From assembly GCF_009914755.1 (NCBI RefSeq), contig NC_060945.1: 64,000 nt of DNA; one strand, given 5' to 3'. Source of the stretch: the human T2T-CHM13v2.0 reference genome, Homo sapiens. Shown here one piece after another: positions 27,725 to 42,289 of this stretch. The notes beneath the pieces were generated by a model. That model was not told the origin of the DNA. It saw nothing but the letters and a program-made list of their open reading frames with translations, and made no database searches. The position numbers and the translations under genes were made by a program. The first letter of the stretch is position 1. Each line of letters opens with the position of its first letter.

Positions 27725-27925
27725 ACAAACACTTAAGTCAGTGTAACTGTGCACCAGGCACTATTGTAAAGAGCTTTATACATCTTAACTCAATTATCCC
27801 TCTGGACCACCCATGGAGGCAGTACCATTATTAGCTTTGTTGTACAGGTGAGGAAACTTAGGCCAGAGAGCTTAGTAACTTGCCAAAGATTGCATAGCTG
27901 GTAGGTGGAGGAGAAGGGATGGAGT
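27725..27925 (-). mobile_element. MIR
   Basis: CCAGGCACTATTGTAA...TACAGGTGAGGAAACT.AGGCCAGAGAG..TAGTAACTTGCCAAAG. Confidence 0.8.
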
Positions 27926-28070
27926 GAATCTAGGTTTTGTGGGGCCTGAAACTTACACAATTTGTGGAACTATGTAAGAAAAATAATACAAAATAGGAAA
28001 TACAAAATTAGTCATGAATGAGAGAATAAATCATAACAAATTACTGATGCCGTGGAGATTCAGGGCCTTT
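27925..28070. mobile_element. MER96B-like hAT fragment
   Basis: TCTAGGTTTTGTGGGGCCTGAAACTTACACAATTTG...AATACAAAATTAG. Confidence 0.6.
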
Positions 28071-28412
28071 TGAATCTAGTTGGAGTAGGGAAGCCAGTGT
28101 GTGGTCAGGAAACATTGCTAGTCAATTGACTATTGACGAGATATCAATATCAACTATTCCATCCAAGAGATATCAACTATTCCATAATTTGCTCCCGGGA
28201 CATTCCATCTGCATTTCTAACTCATTTGCTTTGTATATTACGTTCTTTGACTTCACCAGGGCCTTCCTTGCCCTTCCATTTCCCCTAATCTTACTCACCC
28301 TGCTGTCTGGGATCAAGTACTGTACCATCCGTGACGCCACTAAAAGCCAGGGCCATTCCTCCCTCTGTGGTCTCCCAGAACAGTGTTTCCCAGGCTTTGA
28401 GCTGTGACTCAT

Positions 28413-28830
28413 AAGCAAAGGCTGACAAAATTTAAAGAAGAAATAGATAAATCCACAACCATAGGTGGAGATTTTGATATCCCTCTCTAACTGATAGAAC
28501 AACTAGACTTTGAAAAGATGGGAATTGGGAAGTTTCAAATAACACTGTCGAACAATTTGACTTGTCCAGCTGTAGTAACTACAAAACTTCAGAATGCATG
28601 TTCTCTCAAATGCACGTGAAACAGCCACCAAGGGAACCATATCGTGAGCCATAAATCACATCTCAGTGACCTTCTGGGAACAGAGTATATTCTCTGACGG
28701 CAATAAAATTAAATTAGAAACCAATAGCATTAAGACATCTAGAAAATCTCCAAATATTTGGAAATTAATAACATACTGCTTAATGACTCACGGGCCAAAA
28801 AGGAAGTCAAAAATTAGAAAATGTTTGGAG
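28413..28830 (+). mobile_element. Old L1M ORF2 endonuclease-region fragment
   Basis: GAAATAGATAAATCCACAACCATAGGTGGAGATTTT; TTCTCTGACGGCAATAAAATTAAATTAGAAACC; CCAAATATTTGGAAATTAA. Confidence 0.8.
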
Positions 28831-30889
28831 GACCTATCATCCTTTGTTACAGAAAACTAAATGTATTTCCCATCTCATGTATAGATATGGAGGGAGAACA
28901 TCAGATTTTAAGCTTTTTCTCATTTATGCCACATCCTGTGATCAATTAACCCTCAAGTTACTAAGTTAGTAACTTCCAGCTAATGCACATCTCTTGTCAT
29001 TTTCAAGGACTAAGCAGAAAGAATAAAACCTTGTATTTAGAAAAACACAAAACTTGCAAAATATAAAAATAGCAAGAGGAGGGTGAGTCACTTCTCCTGG
29101 AGTGCTTCTGAACGGGTAACCCATTTGAACCTAGCTGCACTCGCAGCTGACAATCTTAAATCTGCATATGCAATTTGCCATTGGTTCATTTTCTTCTGCA
29201 GAAGATGGGAACCTCATTCACATAATTTTTGTACAGTCCCCCATACAATACCTTTCACCGTTGGGTACCATGGAGAGATTGGCAGGATGACCTACTGGAT
29301 GACAGCAGTGTCTCTCTTGGAGTTGTCTGCCAATGAGCTAGCTGGACTGGAGGCTCTTCTTGCCCAGTAAGAAAGACTAGGCGTAGTCCCGACCTCTCAC
29401 CTTGCCTCTGCTCAACAGCCAATGTCTCCAACCCAGGTTTGCAACTCCCCAGAGCAACTGGCACTTAAACTTGATCTGCTTTTCTTCTGACATTTTAGTG
29501 ACCTTTTCAAAGAACTCTCTAGAAAAATAGAGCAACAGGGAGCAGGGTCCCTGAACTGGAACACAACCCTGATGCATCCAACCATTTTTGGCTTGAAAAT
29601 ATTTCTCCCCAGTATCTGAGAAGTGATGTCCATGGTAGTCTGCGTCCTTCTGCCTGAAAGTGTGATACTCACTCGATACCTCCCTAGACCTTTTGCTAGA
29701 CAGGACTGAATGCATTAAAGTGATAACAGCTAGACCATTAACTGGCTCTCTTGGATGGAGCAACATACTAACTCAACACAGAAGATCACATTGGAGCCAT
29801 CTCGGCACATTCGCTCAGAAATACTCATTTTAAAACATCTTAAAGTGGAATTTATGGGATGAAGTCAATAACCCATATTATTACAAGTTTATAAATAACT
29901 TTTTCATTGGTAGATAGTTAATATCTTCACAGAGCTATAATTTTTCCACTGAATCCCCTGTATATAAGAACACCTTGCTTAAAAATTAAAAGTTAATAAT
30001 CTTTTTAAAAAGAATATCTTGTGTGTTTATTCAATTGGGTCTACAATTTCTGCATAAAGAATGTGTTCTGTATATATTATAGATGTTTCTGCAACCACCA
30101 CACATGGCCAGACTTATTTTTTTATTAATAAATATAACATGATGCTTTAGAATGTTTCATTGTCCTTTTTATTTAAATAAGTTATCAGCGTGCCTGCTGT
30201 ACCCATCGTAAGGACTCTGGGTACATTCATGAGATATATGTGGTTAGTTCATTTTCATGGTAAGATCTAGTTTTCCCTCCATGACTAATTCTAGTGTTTT
30301 AGACAAATATCATAAGAAATGCCTATCTTTGGAGCAGACAGATTTTGCAGAACTCTGTATATCTGCGCTCTGGACCTCTACACTGTAGTTACATCATTCT
30401 GAAGAAATTAGTAATATCCATCATATCCTTCCAACACGAGCAAAAACCACCAGGTGGGGATTGGGCAACAAGACAGATTAGCATTCTAATTGCATCTAAA
30501 GCAAAAAGTAAAATTTTTAAATAATAACTTTTGACATCCCTGGAAAGCCTGTAGCAGACCATCTTTAATTTTAAAAAAAATTAAAAGGTTGTCTCTAACA
30601 TTTCCCTGATGGTAACTTATACCACCAGTTTCTTAAGCACCTTCCATGGGCCTAACCCCAGCTATAATTCTGGCCCTCACTGGAGTTCCGGGCACATGAA
30701 AGCAAGGACTTGCTCATTTTGTCCACTGCTAAACCCTCATGGCTGGCCCAGTGCATGACACATGGAGACACTCAAGAAGTCTCTGTTGGTGGAGTGTGTC
30801 CACTACTGTAGGGGGCTTAAGGCTAGAGGCTCATTCCAGCAGGCACATTTCCTGGTCTGCCTTCATGGAGATAGGAGAAAGAGAACAAT

Positions 30890-31030
30890 GGAGGGAGGGA
30901 GGGAGGGAGGGAGAGGAAGAACAAGAGAAGAGGAAAGGGAAGAGTAAGATGAGGAAGAAGAGGAAGAAGAAGAGGAGGAGGAGAGAGAGGAAGGAGAAGA
31001 GGAAGAGGAAAAGAAGGTGAGGAGGGGGGA
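30890..31030. repeat. GA-rich polypurine low-complexity tract
   Basis: (GGGA)n then GAA/GAG repeats, ~140 nt almost all purine. Confidence 0.9.
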
Positions 31031-34000
31031 ATAGATGATGTCTTGTGCTTTCATTACCCCAAAGCATTTGAGTCAAGCGTTAAGAAGTTATGCACTCAGA
31101 CAATAAATTAAACTTATCATTTTCTACCTGATATTTTAAACACCACATGGTTACTACCTTAAGAAATATGAGAAAATGGAATCATATTGGTTAACATGAC
31201 TTCCCATGTTTTGTTCCATATTCATAGGAGTGTCATTCCTAAAGTAAGCTTTTAGCTAGAACAAAAAAGCAAGAATCCCACTGCTCCATATTCTACTGCT
31301 TCCTACCAAGCTCCAACCAATGGACGCATAGGCAGGTCTTCTTTTGTCATGTCTCCTGCCAGTCTTCCTACCTTATCCACAGAAATCATTTTATATAGAT
31401 CCATAGAGTGTCACACCCAGGAGAGTCAAGTGTCATACTCAGGACCATCACTTGTCACAGAAGCAGCCTGCCCCCTTAGCCCACGGGACGCAGCTAATGC
31501 CCTTCTGAGACTATTGAGCTATGGTTTCATGGAAATTTCAAGGAAGGTTCTCACTAAGGCCATGATCTTAGCTTGGAGCATGGTCTCTAGGGCTGAATGA
31601 TCTTCTAGTAGTATGGGTTCACCATCCCTTTCCTTCCACCATGTGAATCTTCTCTCGGGCCTCCACTTCTCTATGGGCTTCAGTACTATATGCAGAAAGC
31701 CCCAACTCTGTGTCACTACAAGGAGCCTTGACCTTGACCTCCTATAGGAAAGGCACTGAGAGTTATCCCAAGGATAAAGACCCATCATTTTAGGACCAAT
31801 ACAGAGTCTAAAAGATCACAACATGAAAAGAGAGATCAGAGCAAAGATTAACAGAGCAGCACTTCTATTGCCAAGGGCAACAGGTTGCACCTAAAAATAT
31901 TTCTGTTTTAAAGGAGAAATAGTTCAAATGACTTCTTTAAAACAAATAAGCCTGATTTACTACACTTTACAGATTCCTATTTGTAAGAAAGAAAGTTCTA
32001 GACTTAGAAGATAAATAAATAAGTGAATACATAAATAAAAGTTTCTGACCCCATGGTCCATGCCCAGGACACATTCATTGACGACACGCATTCGTAAATA
32101 CTCTCTAAGAACTACACAGCTGTGGTTAGTCATATTGTTTCTTGATTAAGTAACTGTAGTTTCATTCAGATCCTTTTAAAAAGTACATTTTTAGCATATC
32201 TTCCATTTTAAAAATACATTCTCTCATTCTTGCCATTCATGTACTTTGAAACGCTTCCCTAAAGATCGACATCAACAGTGTTGAAAAAGAAAATATTTGG
32301 GAACAGGAATGAACCCTAGTGGAATGGGTTCCTACACCAAAGATCCTATGAATCCATGCTTCATTGTGCAAAGTGAACCCCTACTCTTATGGACCTGCTG
32401 CTAGAGCTCTGATAGGTGTTGAATGATCCCAGAACCTGAAGGACCTATTTGAATTCAGATCATTGGTCTTATCATCCTCAGTAGCTATATCTTTGTCAGT
32501 CTACAAGTACTAGCCTTGAAGTTTTATGACACTTTATTCTCATAAGGATCATTTTTTTTCCATAGCAGACAGACCCTACATACCCCTCAAGTAAACCCTT
32601 TTTTGCACTATAGAGTCTACGTCAAGGAATCCTCACTGTGTTTACATTCTGATTTTCAAACATTTCAATTTGTAAGTAAGTGTATGTGTTGCCTTCAGGG
32701 CAGTGTAAATAGCTTGCCCAAAAATCTCAGCATAAATTTTCACCTCTCCTTTCAAGGCCTCAATTCTCTTCTCTACCTCTGATGATGTATTGACTTGGGT
32801 ATTAATCATCTTTAAACATTTAATTACTGTCTGAGTGCCACGTCTCACCTTCAGTGCTGTTCCTCACAAAGCTGGATCCAGTACAGTACAGCATCTTTAA
32901 ACCAATGCACAACTAACAGATTTGTTGCTGCAAAATACTTTTATGCAGCATCAATAAAACCTCTCCAGCAAGCACAGAGAGCCAATGGTCAGAGTCCCAG
33001 GGGGCCTTCCACACAGGATACGCATCTTGTTACAGAATTCCTCAATGCCTTTTTGCTGTCTCCCTAATGACCAGTTAAATGGTCTCCCTCGAGGATGCTT
33101 GAGTCAGCGCCAGCTTGAAAACTGCTGAGGAAACATCCTCTTTTACTGGAAATGATTTCCATCCAACGGCCATGTGCCATATTTAGACTCACGGCTTAGT
33201 AACACCCAACAGAAGGGGCTAAGTTTGCAGAAGAGGAGGCCCTGTGCTGTGAGAAAAGAACTTGCTTTTGTCTGGCCAAGTGACCGCAGGGGCTGGAGCT
33301 GGTGAGTCTGTGGTGGTCTGGAACCCGAGGGACAGAAACGCTCCATTCTATCTGGAGAGACAGGCGTCTCTTCTGCAGGGCAGCTGGTTCTTCCCATGCT
33401 GCTTGTCTTACACATCAGAGACCTGACTGGGGAGGTGGTGATTCAAGTCTAGCCCACGTCTGCCTGGCAATAAGACATTAAAACCCAAGGACTCTGTTTG
33501 CCTGCGTTCAACAGGCGGGATGGATGGCAGGCAAATCTATCTTCATCTCCCTTTAAAAGTAAATCACACAAGAATGATATTAACATATCTTGAGTCACAG
33601 AGTAAAATTCTGCTAAAGAGCAGAACCACTGAATTATAGAGCTTTAAAATGTATCTATACATATTAACACTAATAATTTAATATAAACATTTAAGTGTGG
33701 ATATGAGATTTTAAGTGCTCTCTTTTCTCTCTCAGTTTTCCTTGGCCTCTCTATTCTCCCTGCTCCCCAATATCCACCCACATTAACTCATACAATCAAC
33801 TTAGCTTGCACCCTTCCATGTTCCTCCTCAGGTTCATCTAGTTTTATGCAGACACGTATACACATATCCACACAGATACATCCTTTATGTCATTATTTTC
33901 TTAAAAAGTAGAATCCCCTGTCAAACACTTCTCTGCATCTTGTTTTTCTCTCCCAAAAAGAGAAAGGAAAACACCCCCACATCAACCCCTATAGCTGTGA

Positions 34001-34244
34001 CTCAGTCTCTCTAATAGTTGTGTATTCCAGGCTATGGAAATTTCATAATTTTTCTATCCATTCCTTTATGGATAAGGCAAAACTTCTTGCAACTCTGTCT
34101 TGCTCTATTTCTATAATTTCCAACTGGAAATCAAAACAAAGAATTCTTACACAAATCTTACATGTATTTTCTTTAACAAAAACCAAGAAAAGTTCTCCCT
34201 TAAGCCCTAACACAAGCCCATCTTATTTTCAGTGCAGAGGGCAA

Positions 34245-34797
34245 TGCTGTTTTAAAATGTGGGTTTTATGATTATCCAAGGACTATGAGGCCAACAGCTC
34301 AGGAAAGGACTACAATTGCAAAGATAGCTCATGACTCACGGTTCCCCCGAGGAGGAGGCAGCCATGTCATGCAGGGTCATATGCGGAAGCACCAGCGTTG
34401 GTCAGGAGGCTGAGGGAGTGAGGGGAAGGCATGAAAAGAGGCTTTATGAGGGATTCCAAGGAAGGAATGAGTATAGCAGGATAAGCAAGCTAAGCAGGTT
34501 TAGGGTTAGCTAGCTTGAATAACTTCTGCAGGCTCGAGTGTTTGGCAGCTGTCCTGGGTTGTCCAACATCTGCCCTTGGTGTGATTAGGGCAGGTAAACA
34601 GTGGCCCAGAGGTGGCTGGCAGGGTATGGGCTTTGGACTGATTGGCTTGCATATGAAAGGTGCTCTTCTAAGTTAGTTGATTGTTATCTTTGGGAATTAG
34701 CTAACGCTCTCCCCTCCAAGGGGCAGTCCCTCCTGACCCGTGAGACCGCAGGTGCCAGGGCTTCAAGAATACAGAAAATAAGAAAGAAGTTAATACA
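34245..34797 (-). mobile_element. MER76-type LTR (ERVL)
   Basis: Minus strand begins TGTATTAAC...TTATTTTCTGTATTCTTGA; GCTAATTCC and CACCTTTCATATGCAAGCCAATC motifs. Confidence 0.75.
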
Positions 34798-35813
34798 AAT
34801 GCCTAGACACTCAAGCAATGTTTGATAAATGATAGGCAGGCTGATCAAGGAAACACAATACACTCTGCCTCCTGCCCAAAGGCACAGCTCCACAGACTCA
34901 ACCAGGTTGTTGCATAGAGCCTTAGTCTCCGAGGGGTGCAAATGAGCTCCTTCCAAGGATGAGGTGGGGAGGAGTACTGTTGGGGCTGAGTGGCTGATAG
35001 CTAGCAGGACAGCATGAAGCATGCTGAGCTACAGCTGTGGCAGGGAGGATGATCATAGTTGCTGTTTGTTCTACAAAGCTTGCAGTCCTATCTAGAGACA
35101 CCTACTTGGCCTCAATTTCCTTGCTCTTTTGGCCAATTGCTGCACACTCTTGAGCAGCAAGTGGAATGGCAGAAGCCCCCTCCCTAGAGTTGGGGAGTCA
35201 GCTGCTAGTTCTTTGACCATGTTTACTTCTCCATTGAAGAAGCTCTCTGTCGTTCTGCCTCCAGCATCCCCACATCCCCTGCTCATGGGAGGAAGGATGA
35301 AATCAGAATTCTCCTTGCCATGCATGAAGAAGGATCTCATTAGACCTTGTATTGGGGCTTCTTTGCTAGTTATGTCCCTGTCCCCACACACACTGGTACA
35401 TAATCACTCTGTGTTGTATGCATTCATTCCTTGTCATTTTGTCATGCATTTATGAAGAGGATATAGGGTTAGAGATATGTTATTCCTGAAAATAAATATC
35501 TGTAAAGGGGATCATGAGTGCAACAAGACAAAATAAATCAAGGTGTTTGGATTTTTCCTCTTCCTCCCCGTCAGCCTTCCTCCCTCTATTCTTCCTCTTC
35601 ACTGTCTGGCCCTAATGCAGGTGTTGTTGAGTTTGAGTTAATTGAGAAAGAAAAAACTGAGTTTAAAACTAGCCAGTCCAATTTAATTCATTCAATAAGC
35701 ATGCACTGTGAGTCCATTCTATACAAGGCTTGCAGATGCTACAATGAGCAGCATGGTCCCTGCCTTCAAAACACTTGTTATTTAATGATAAAAAATGATT
35801 ATATATTAAGCAT

Positions 35814-36279
35814 TGTCAAAAACTATGAAGGGTCTGAAATTATAACCTACTTGCAAGCTAACAAGTTAGTCTGCCACAATTTCATGGATGCTGGTAGAAG
35901 ACAGGAGACTCCTGGGTCAGAGACAAAGAACTTCATTACTCACAGCACAGCAGGCGGCATGAAGTTTGCATTTACTTTGGTTTCCCTTACCCCTCAACCC
36001 TTGCAGAGGTGAGGAGGAGAAGCCCAAGTGGAGGTTGCATACACAGTGAGTTTGTGTCACAACTGAGGAGCTACAAGCTTAGAACATCCAAATCTTCATA
36101 AAGGGCTGCAAGCAAACCTGCCGAACCCTTTGCCCCAGCAGGATACACTATCTCTATCATCCAAGGATGTGCACGAAACAAACATTCTTGAAAAGATAGT
36201 CCAGCAAAAAATGTAGTTACTGTTCTTCTTATAAGACATGCAGAACCATGAGGCACCTTGGGGAATTGTCTCCCTAAAA
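35814..36279 (-). mobile_element. LTR40-type LTR (ERVL)
   Basis: Minus strand GGGAGACAATTC...TGGACTATCTTTTCAAGAATGTTTGT; other end CCTACTTGCAAGCTAACAAGTTAG. Confidence 0.75.
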
Positions 36280-37612
36280 GCATTTACCACCTGTCAGGAA
36301 TTGTCTTAAATTCAGGATCTCACTTCATCATCACAGCCACTCCATTTGACATCCCACTTCCTATCCTGCAGTGTAAGAAATGGATGCATGCCTCAACTTC
36401 AGGCTCAACAATACATAAATAAAAGTGGCCAAAGAAATTGGATTCAAATCTGATTCCAAGTTGTGACCTGCATCCTCAAGAAGCTTGTCCATCTTCTTAT
36501 GGGAGGACAATCAACTGTCCAAAAGATGTATATTTTCCAGGTACATAGGTAGGAGTTTTGTCAAAGACAGGGTGATATTTACCACTCACCTCCTGACACG
36601 ACCTACCTACAACAAAACAAAACTCACTCAGGAGGGTCCTGACTATGTACTCAGAGATTATACCCATGCACAGGTAACGATGGAAGTCATGAGACAAATC
36701 TCAAATAGATTTAATAAGCTAAACCTCACAGGCAACTCTTTTCCTCCATGAAGGTATCTATCCTGGTCAAGGCATCAAAATGACCACAGTGTTACTGTAG
36801 TATGTATTTATCTGACAGGGTAGAACAATACCTTGAAATTTGCAAATTGAAGTATTGTAAACATAGGCAATTGCTATGTTTAGCTCGTGTTTCTCCATTC
36901 CAGAAATAATTATTTACAGCCCTCCTAGGGCCAAGCTGATTCTGCCTGCCCTTGCATTGTGGGCATTTTCCATTCACAGCCAGACCTGCCAAAAGCAGAG
37001 TATCTGAATGTTTTAACTGTGGGTTTTCTTTTTTTCAAAATCCGGTACATTTTTTTGGTATTTAATAAAGCATAATGAATAGCATTGACTATGATACCTT
37101 TCCAAACCTAGACATTTTAATTTCATCATTCCATGTTTAACCTAGGAAACAGTGGCTTGTTTAATGAATGTGCCAGTTTTATGCTTTGTGTTAATGTGAC
37201 CTAAGCGAAACACAATTAAATTTTAAATTAACATATCCTTATAAAAATAACTTAAATCTTTATCTTCTCTAACTCTTCCTCTGAAGAGAAAATTATGCTT
37301 CTGCCCAAAAAGTAGCAAGTGGAGTATGTGCCCAACTTCAGACTTGGCAGGGTGATGTTGCCCTTGGATATCAGGAATATCTGGATGCAAGGACACACTG
37401 ATAGACTCCATCCCCATCACTACCCTCCACCAAAAAAGAAAAAGAAAATAAACACTTCAGGCTTTTTTCAGTTATCGAAAATGTGTGAATGGTGATCCAT
37501 GTCTGGTCTTCATCCTAACTTCAATTCCCACCCTCAACCCCAGGCAACCCCTCCACCTCAATTCCATAGAACCTCCCTTAAATTCCCCCTTCAGCCAGTG
37601 GACAACACTGAG

Positions 37613-38453
37613 TGTTACTATGGGTTGTACTAGTCAGTTCTCATGCTGCTATAAGGACATACTCAAGACTGGATAATTTATAAAGGAAAAGGGTTTAATT
37701 GGCTCACAGTTCAGCATGACTGGGGAGGCCTCAGGAAACTTACAATCGTGGCGGAAGGGGAAGCAAACACATCCTTCTTCACATGGCAGCAGGAAAGAGA
37801 AGTGCTGAGCAAAAGGGGAAAAGCCCATTATAAAGCCACCAGATCTGGTGAGAATTCACTCACTATCGCGAGAACAGCATGGGGGAAAATGACATCCATG
37901 ATTCAATTACCTCCTACTGGGTTCCTCCCACAACACATCCAGAGATTACAATCCAAGATGAGATTTGGATGGGGACACAAAACCAAACCATATCATAGGT
38001 TAAATTGTGTCTCCCACCCCAAAAATGTGTATGTTGAAGTCCTAACCTTCAGTACTCAGAATGTGACATTATTTGGAAATAGGGTCATTGCAGATGGAGT
38101 TAGTTAAGATGAGGTCATTAGGATGAGTCCCTAATCCAATATGACCGGTGCTCTTACAAAAAGGGGAAGTTTGGACACAGAGCCATGCACATGGGTGGGA
38201 AGAATCCCAAATGAACGGATAGGCAGAGGGTTGGAGAGATGCATGAACAAGGAACACCAAAGATTGCCAGCAACCCCCAGAAGCTGGGGGAGAGGCCTGG
38301 AACAGATTCTCCCTCACAGCCTGAGAGGAACCAAGCTGGTTGACACCTTGATCTCAGGTTACCGGCCTTGAGAACTGAGAGACCCTGGGTTTCTGTTGTT
38401 TAAGCCTCTCAGGGTGCAGCACTTTATTATGGAAGCCTGAGCTGACTAATACA
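37613..38453 (+). mobile_element. MLT1C-type LTR interrupted near its 5' end by THE1
   Basis: TATGGGT|TAAATTGTGTCTCCC...TATGTTGAAGTCCTAACC...ATTTGGAAATAGGGTC...GACTAATACA. Confidence 0.85.
37626..37995 (-). mobile_element. THE1D-type solo LTR
   Basis: TGTACTAGTCAGTTCTCATGCTGCTA...CCAAACCATATCA; TSD TGGGT/TAGGT. Confidence 0.92.
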
Positions 38454-38872
38454 GGTGTCTTTATATCTCACTGAGGGAAAGTGACAGGAAAGTAAGAACC
38501 ATTTATGTCCAAGAGTCCAGAGGAGTCAACCAGATTCTGGGGGAAAAGAAGGTACAATGCTGGCCTCTCCATGCAGCCTAGTCCCCAACACTTGTAGGGC
38601 CCAGGGCAAGATCTAAAGCACTCTCTCACCTATGCATCTATATGCTGTGACTCAGATAAACAAACTATTAAATAATATGTGTGTCTTGTCTCTCAATCTG
38701 ACAATTACACCTTTATAATAGCAACATAGGAAAATAACTAAAACTATGGTTTTTAGGCAACCAAATACCAGCAAAATGTAATAATTCCTATTATTAGATA
38801 TGTTTAAGTGTTCTGCTGGTGGGTCAGCATCTTCGGTAGAGTCATAAAATTAAAAGGTACATAATTAATTAA

Positions 38873-39250
<378 letters not shown>

Positions 39251-39894
39251 TAAAGTGCATTGCATTGACTGTAATACCACCTGAGACAAGACAGTTTTTT
39301 TACTAATTTTAATTTCAAAGAAACACTTTGTTCAGGCAGTAGTGAGCAGAATTATCAGTAACAGTTTTAAAGTAGTACTTAAATTTGGAAACAACACATT
39401 AATTTTACATATCATCTTCAAATTGAAAATATTACAAAATATTTTAACTTCATCCTATAGATTGCTATTACTTATATTTCTGTTTTCACCATTTCTTAAA
39501 GCAACATCTAAGTAATACATAAATCTCTAGGGATATGTGAAAAATCATTTTCATGCTTTATATATGTTACATCAAACCCACCTATACACAAATTCAAGAA
39601 TAATAGCAATTGTGTAGTGTTACAAAATATTTCTCAGGTAACATGAGCTCACCTATTGAGAACACCAAGCTAATTCACTGGTTCATGAGCACCCTTCCAA
39701 ACCACAAATTGGAACACAAAGAGAAGCAAGAAGATGGATGTTTGGAACTATTGGAAAATGATAATTCATACTGCAAGAATATACTGCCACCTTATCTGCA
39801 AGACAGGACAAGTTCATTAATTTATTCTTTCTCTTACTTCTCCTAAGCTGTATCCATCTCCAAGAACAAAAGTAGCTAATACTATTGACGGATC

Positions 39895-39990
39895 AACTAT
39901 AATATACTTGGGACATACTTATACTAAAAATATTATTCATCGTTGATCTGAAATTTCAATTTAATTGGGTATCCCTTGTTTTTATTTGTC
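39895..39990. mobile_element. MER53 half element
   Basis: TGGGACATACTTATACTAAAAATATTATTC..TGATCTGAAATTTCAATTTAA. Confidence 0.65.
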
Positions 39991-40390
39991 AATAATAGAC
40001 CCACAGTCTTTCATGGCATTTGGACTGTTATCTTTTGCTTTGAGGAGCAGAAGACAGAGGTGGAGAAGCATTTCCCTGAATGGTGTTAGTCGCTATAGTG
40101 GATATTTTAACATCTCAAGGTGCCTTTGCCTGTGCCCAATGCTGGGTCCCTGAAGTCAGAAGTGCTCATCTGTTCTTTAAGGCAGGGTCACTTTCTGCCA
40201 CCACAGGGAGCAGTCATTATGCATACTCCTGTTGCCAGCTGTCAGTAAACCAATGCCATTCTCTTTTCTTTTATTATTTCATTCATACATATCCATTGTG
40301 TACACACCATGAGCCAAGCACTTTGGAAGGCACTTCTGGTGAGAAGGAAGAAGTCAGGACACCACAGATATGAGTGAGAAGGAGGCTACC

Positions 40391-40692
<302 letters not shown>

Positions 40693-40922
40693 CTACCACA
40701 CAATTGTTGACAGTCTATCATAGAGAGTAAGGACATCAGCCAAAGGTGGTCTGCAGAGATCAGACAGGGGTCATCTCAAAAGGGAACAGCCTTAATTTCA
40801 CCTTAGATGTAGATGCGTTTGACAGAAAAACAGGAAAACAAAAGACCGTGAATGTCCCATTGGAAGACATACTAGGAAACTGTCATGGGGCAAAATTCAT
40901 ACGTCTTAGAGATAAAAGTTGG

Positions 40923-40976
40923 TAAAGCACAATTGAAGCTATTTCTTATTAAAGCACAACTGAAGTTATTTCTTCT
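40923..40976 (+). repeat. 27-bp tandem duplication
   Basis: TAAAGCACAATTGAAGCTATTTCTTAT followed by TAAAGCACAACTGAAGTTATTTCTTCT. Confidence 0.9.
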
Positions 40977-42289
40977 TTTCTTCAGTAATAGAAAAGTTGG
41001 ACATTTTTCTTTAAAGAAATCAAATGCAATTATCCTGTACAGACTCAGTAACTCTAGCCAAGGATCAGGTTAGTCGCTTTCATGGAGCGGGAGTTTCGGC
41101 AGCTCTATTGTTCTAGCATTAGTAATGCATGAGACCTACCCCTGAACACTTCCAGTTAGGGAAGCTCTGCAGAGATCTTGCACTGTGCCACGGATGGCCT
41201 CGTGCTTTTGGCAATAAAGCTGGAAATGCAAAACACGTTTTGTGGTTCAAATAATCTCCAGGAGACAGTTTCCTGGAAGTTTTAAATCCTATTTCTCATA
41301 TCACCTCCATCTAAATTGATGATTTCTATGACCTTTTCATCTAATTACACTAGTATGTTGTAGCTATTTTTATTAAATGGTTCCATTACATAAGCCATTA
41401 TGTGCTAGCTCCTTCTTGTTGCTAACCTCATGAGCCCACCCCATTACTTCTCTTCACTTTCACATCAAGGATAGCATTCCTCAAGATGAAATTTGTTATG
41501 TTATCTAAGATCTATCTAAGATTTTCACAAATCACTTCACTAACACTTAAATATCAGAGACAGACACCCAGAATTCTACCAAAATCGTTGTGTACCCTCA
41601 CATGAAGTGGTGTATAGACTGGTTGACAAGACAAGGAAAAAATGGAAAGCACTAAAAAGCAGGAAGAAAAAACACAACACTCCAGAGAAGACATTAGGAA
41701 AATTTTTAAATGGGTAAAAACTGGGAAAAGGATGGAGAGTGGCTGGAGAATGCCCTCTCGTGCCAACAGTCATTAAAAGACACAGCAGAAGACGCCATCA
41801 TGGGCAGCACAAATCAGCCCCCATCCCGCTTTTGAATCATAGAGAAGTTTGCAATGTCAAACAATATCCTTCTAATATGTTATGAGAATTCTATCAGACC
41901 CTAGCTAAAGGTAGAAATGAACAGATATTTATGAGAACAGCATCAGGGAGAGAACGTGGAGAACTGCATCACTACGTAGTTGTACAAGTGAATTGTGTAA
42001 TACAATGATTAGAGTATTCCTTTCCGCTAGTTTCTACCCCACCATATTTATTGTATCTGAGTTCTAAACTATTTTTATTTTATTCCCTCCTGTCCAATAC
42101 TTGGCATTCACCTAAGCAGTCAGGAACATCTGCTGTATTTGTGACAACTATTCAGAAGGTATAAAACAAAGTTATATGCAGCATGTAGCAGTGACATTTG
42201 ATTGCAAGGGAGAGAATCCAACTAGAAATGTTGACTCACTGTGTTACCAAGCATCGTGAAAAGAGGCTGACGTTAGCCGGCGGTAGGCC

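Noticed and set aside
28138-28187. Short tandem duplications (also 3112-3135, 15585-15610, 40923-40976)
   Set aside because: Ordinary slippage products; not counted among the dispersed templated insertions.
29255-29766. Three overlapping minus-strand ORFs as a processed pseudogene
   Set aside because: No recognisable parent protein, poly(A) tail or TSD; a BLASTX hit would be needed.
30739-31076. Basic/acidic or hydrophobic peptide ORFs
   Set aside because: These are translations of the GA-rich low-complexity tract.
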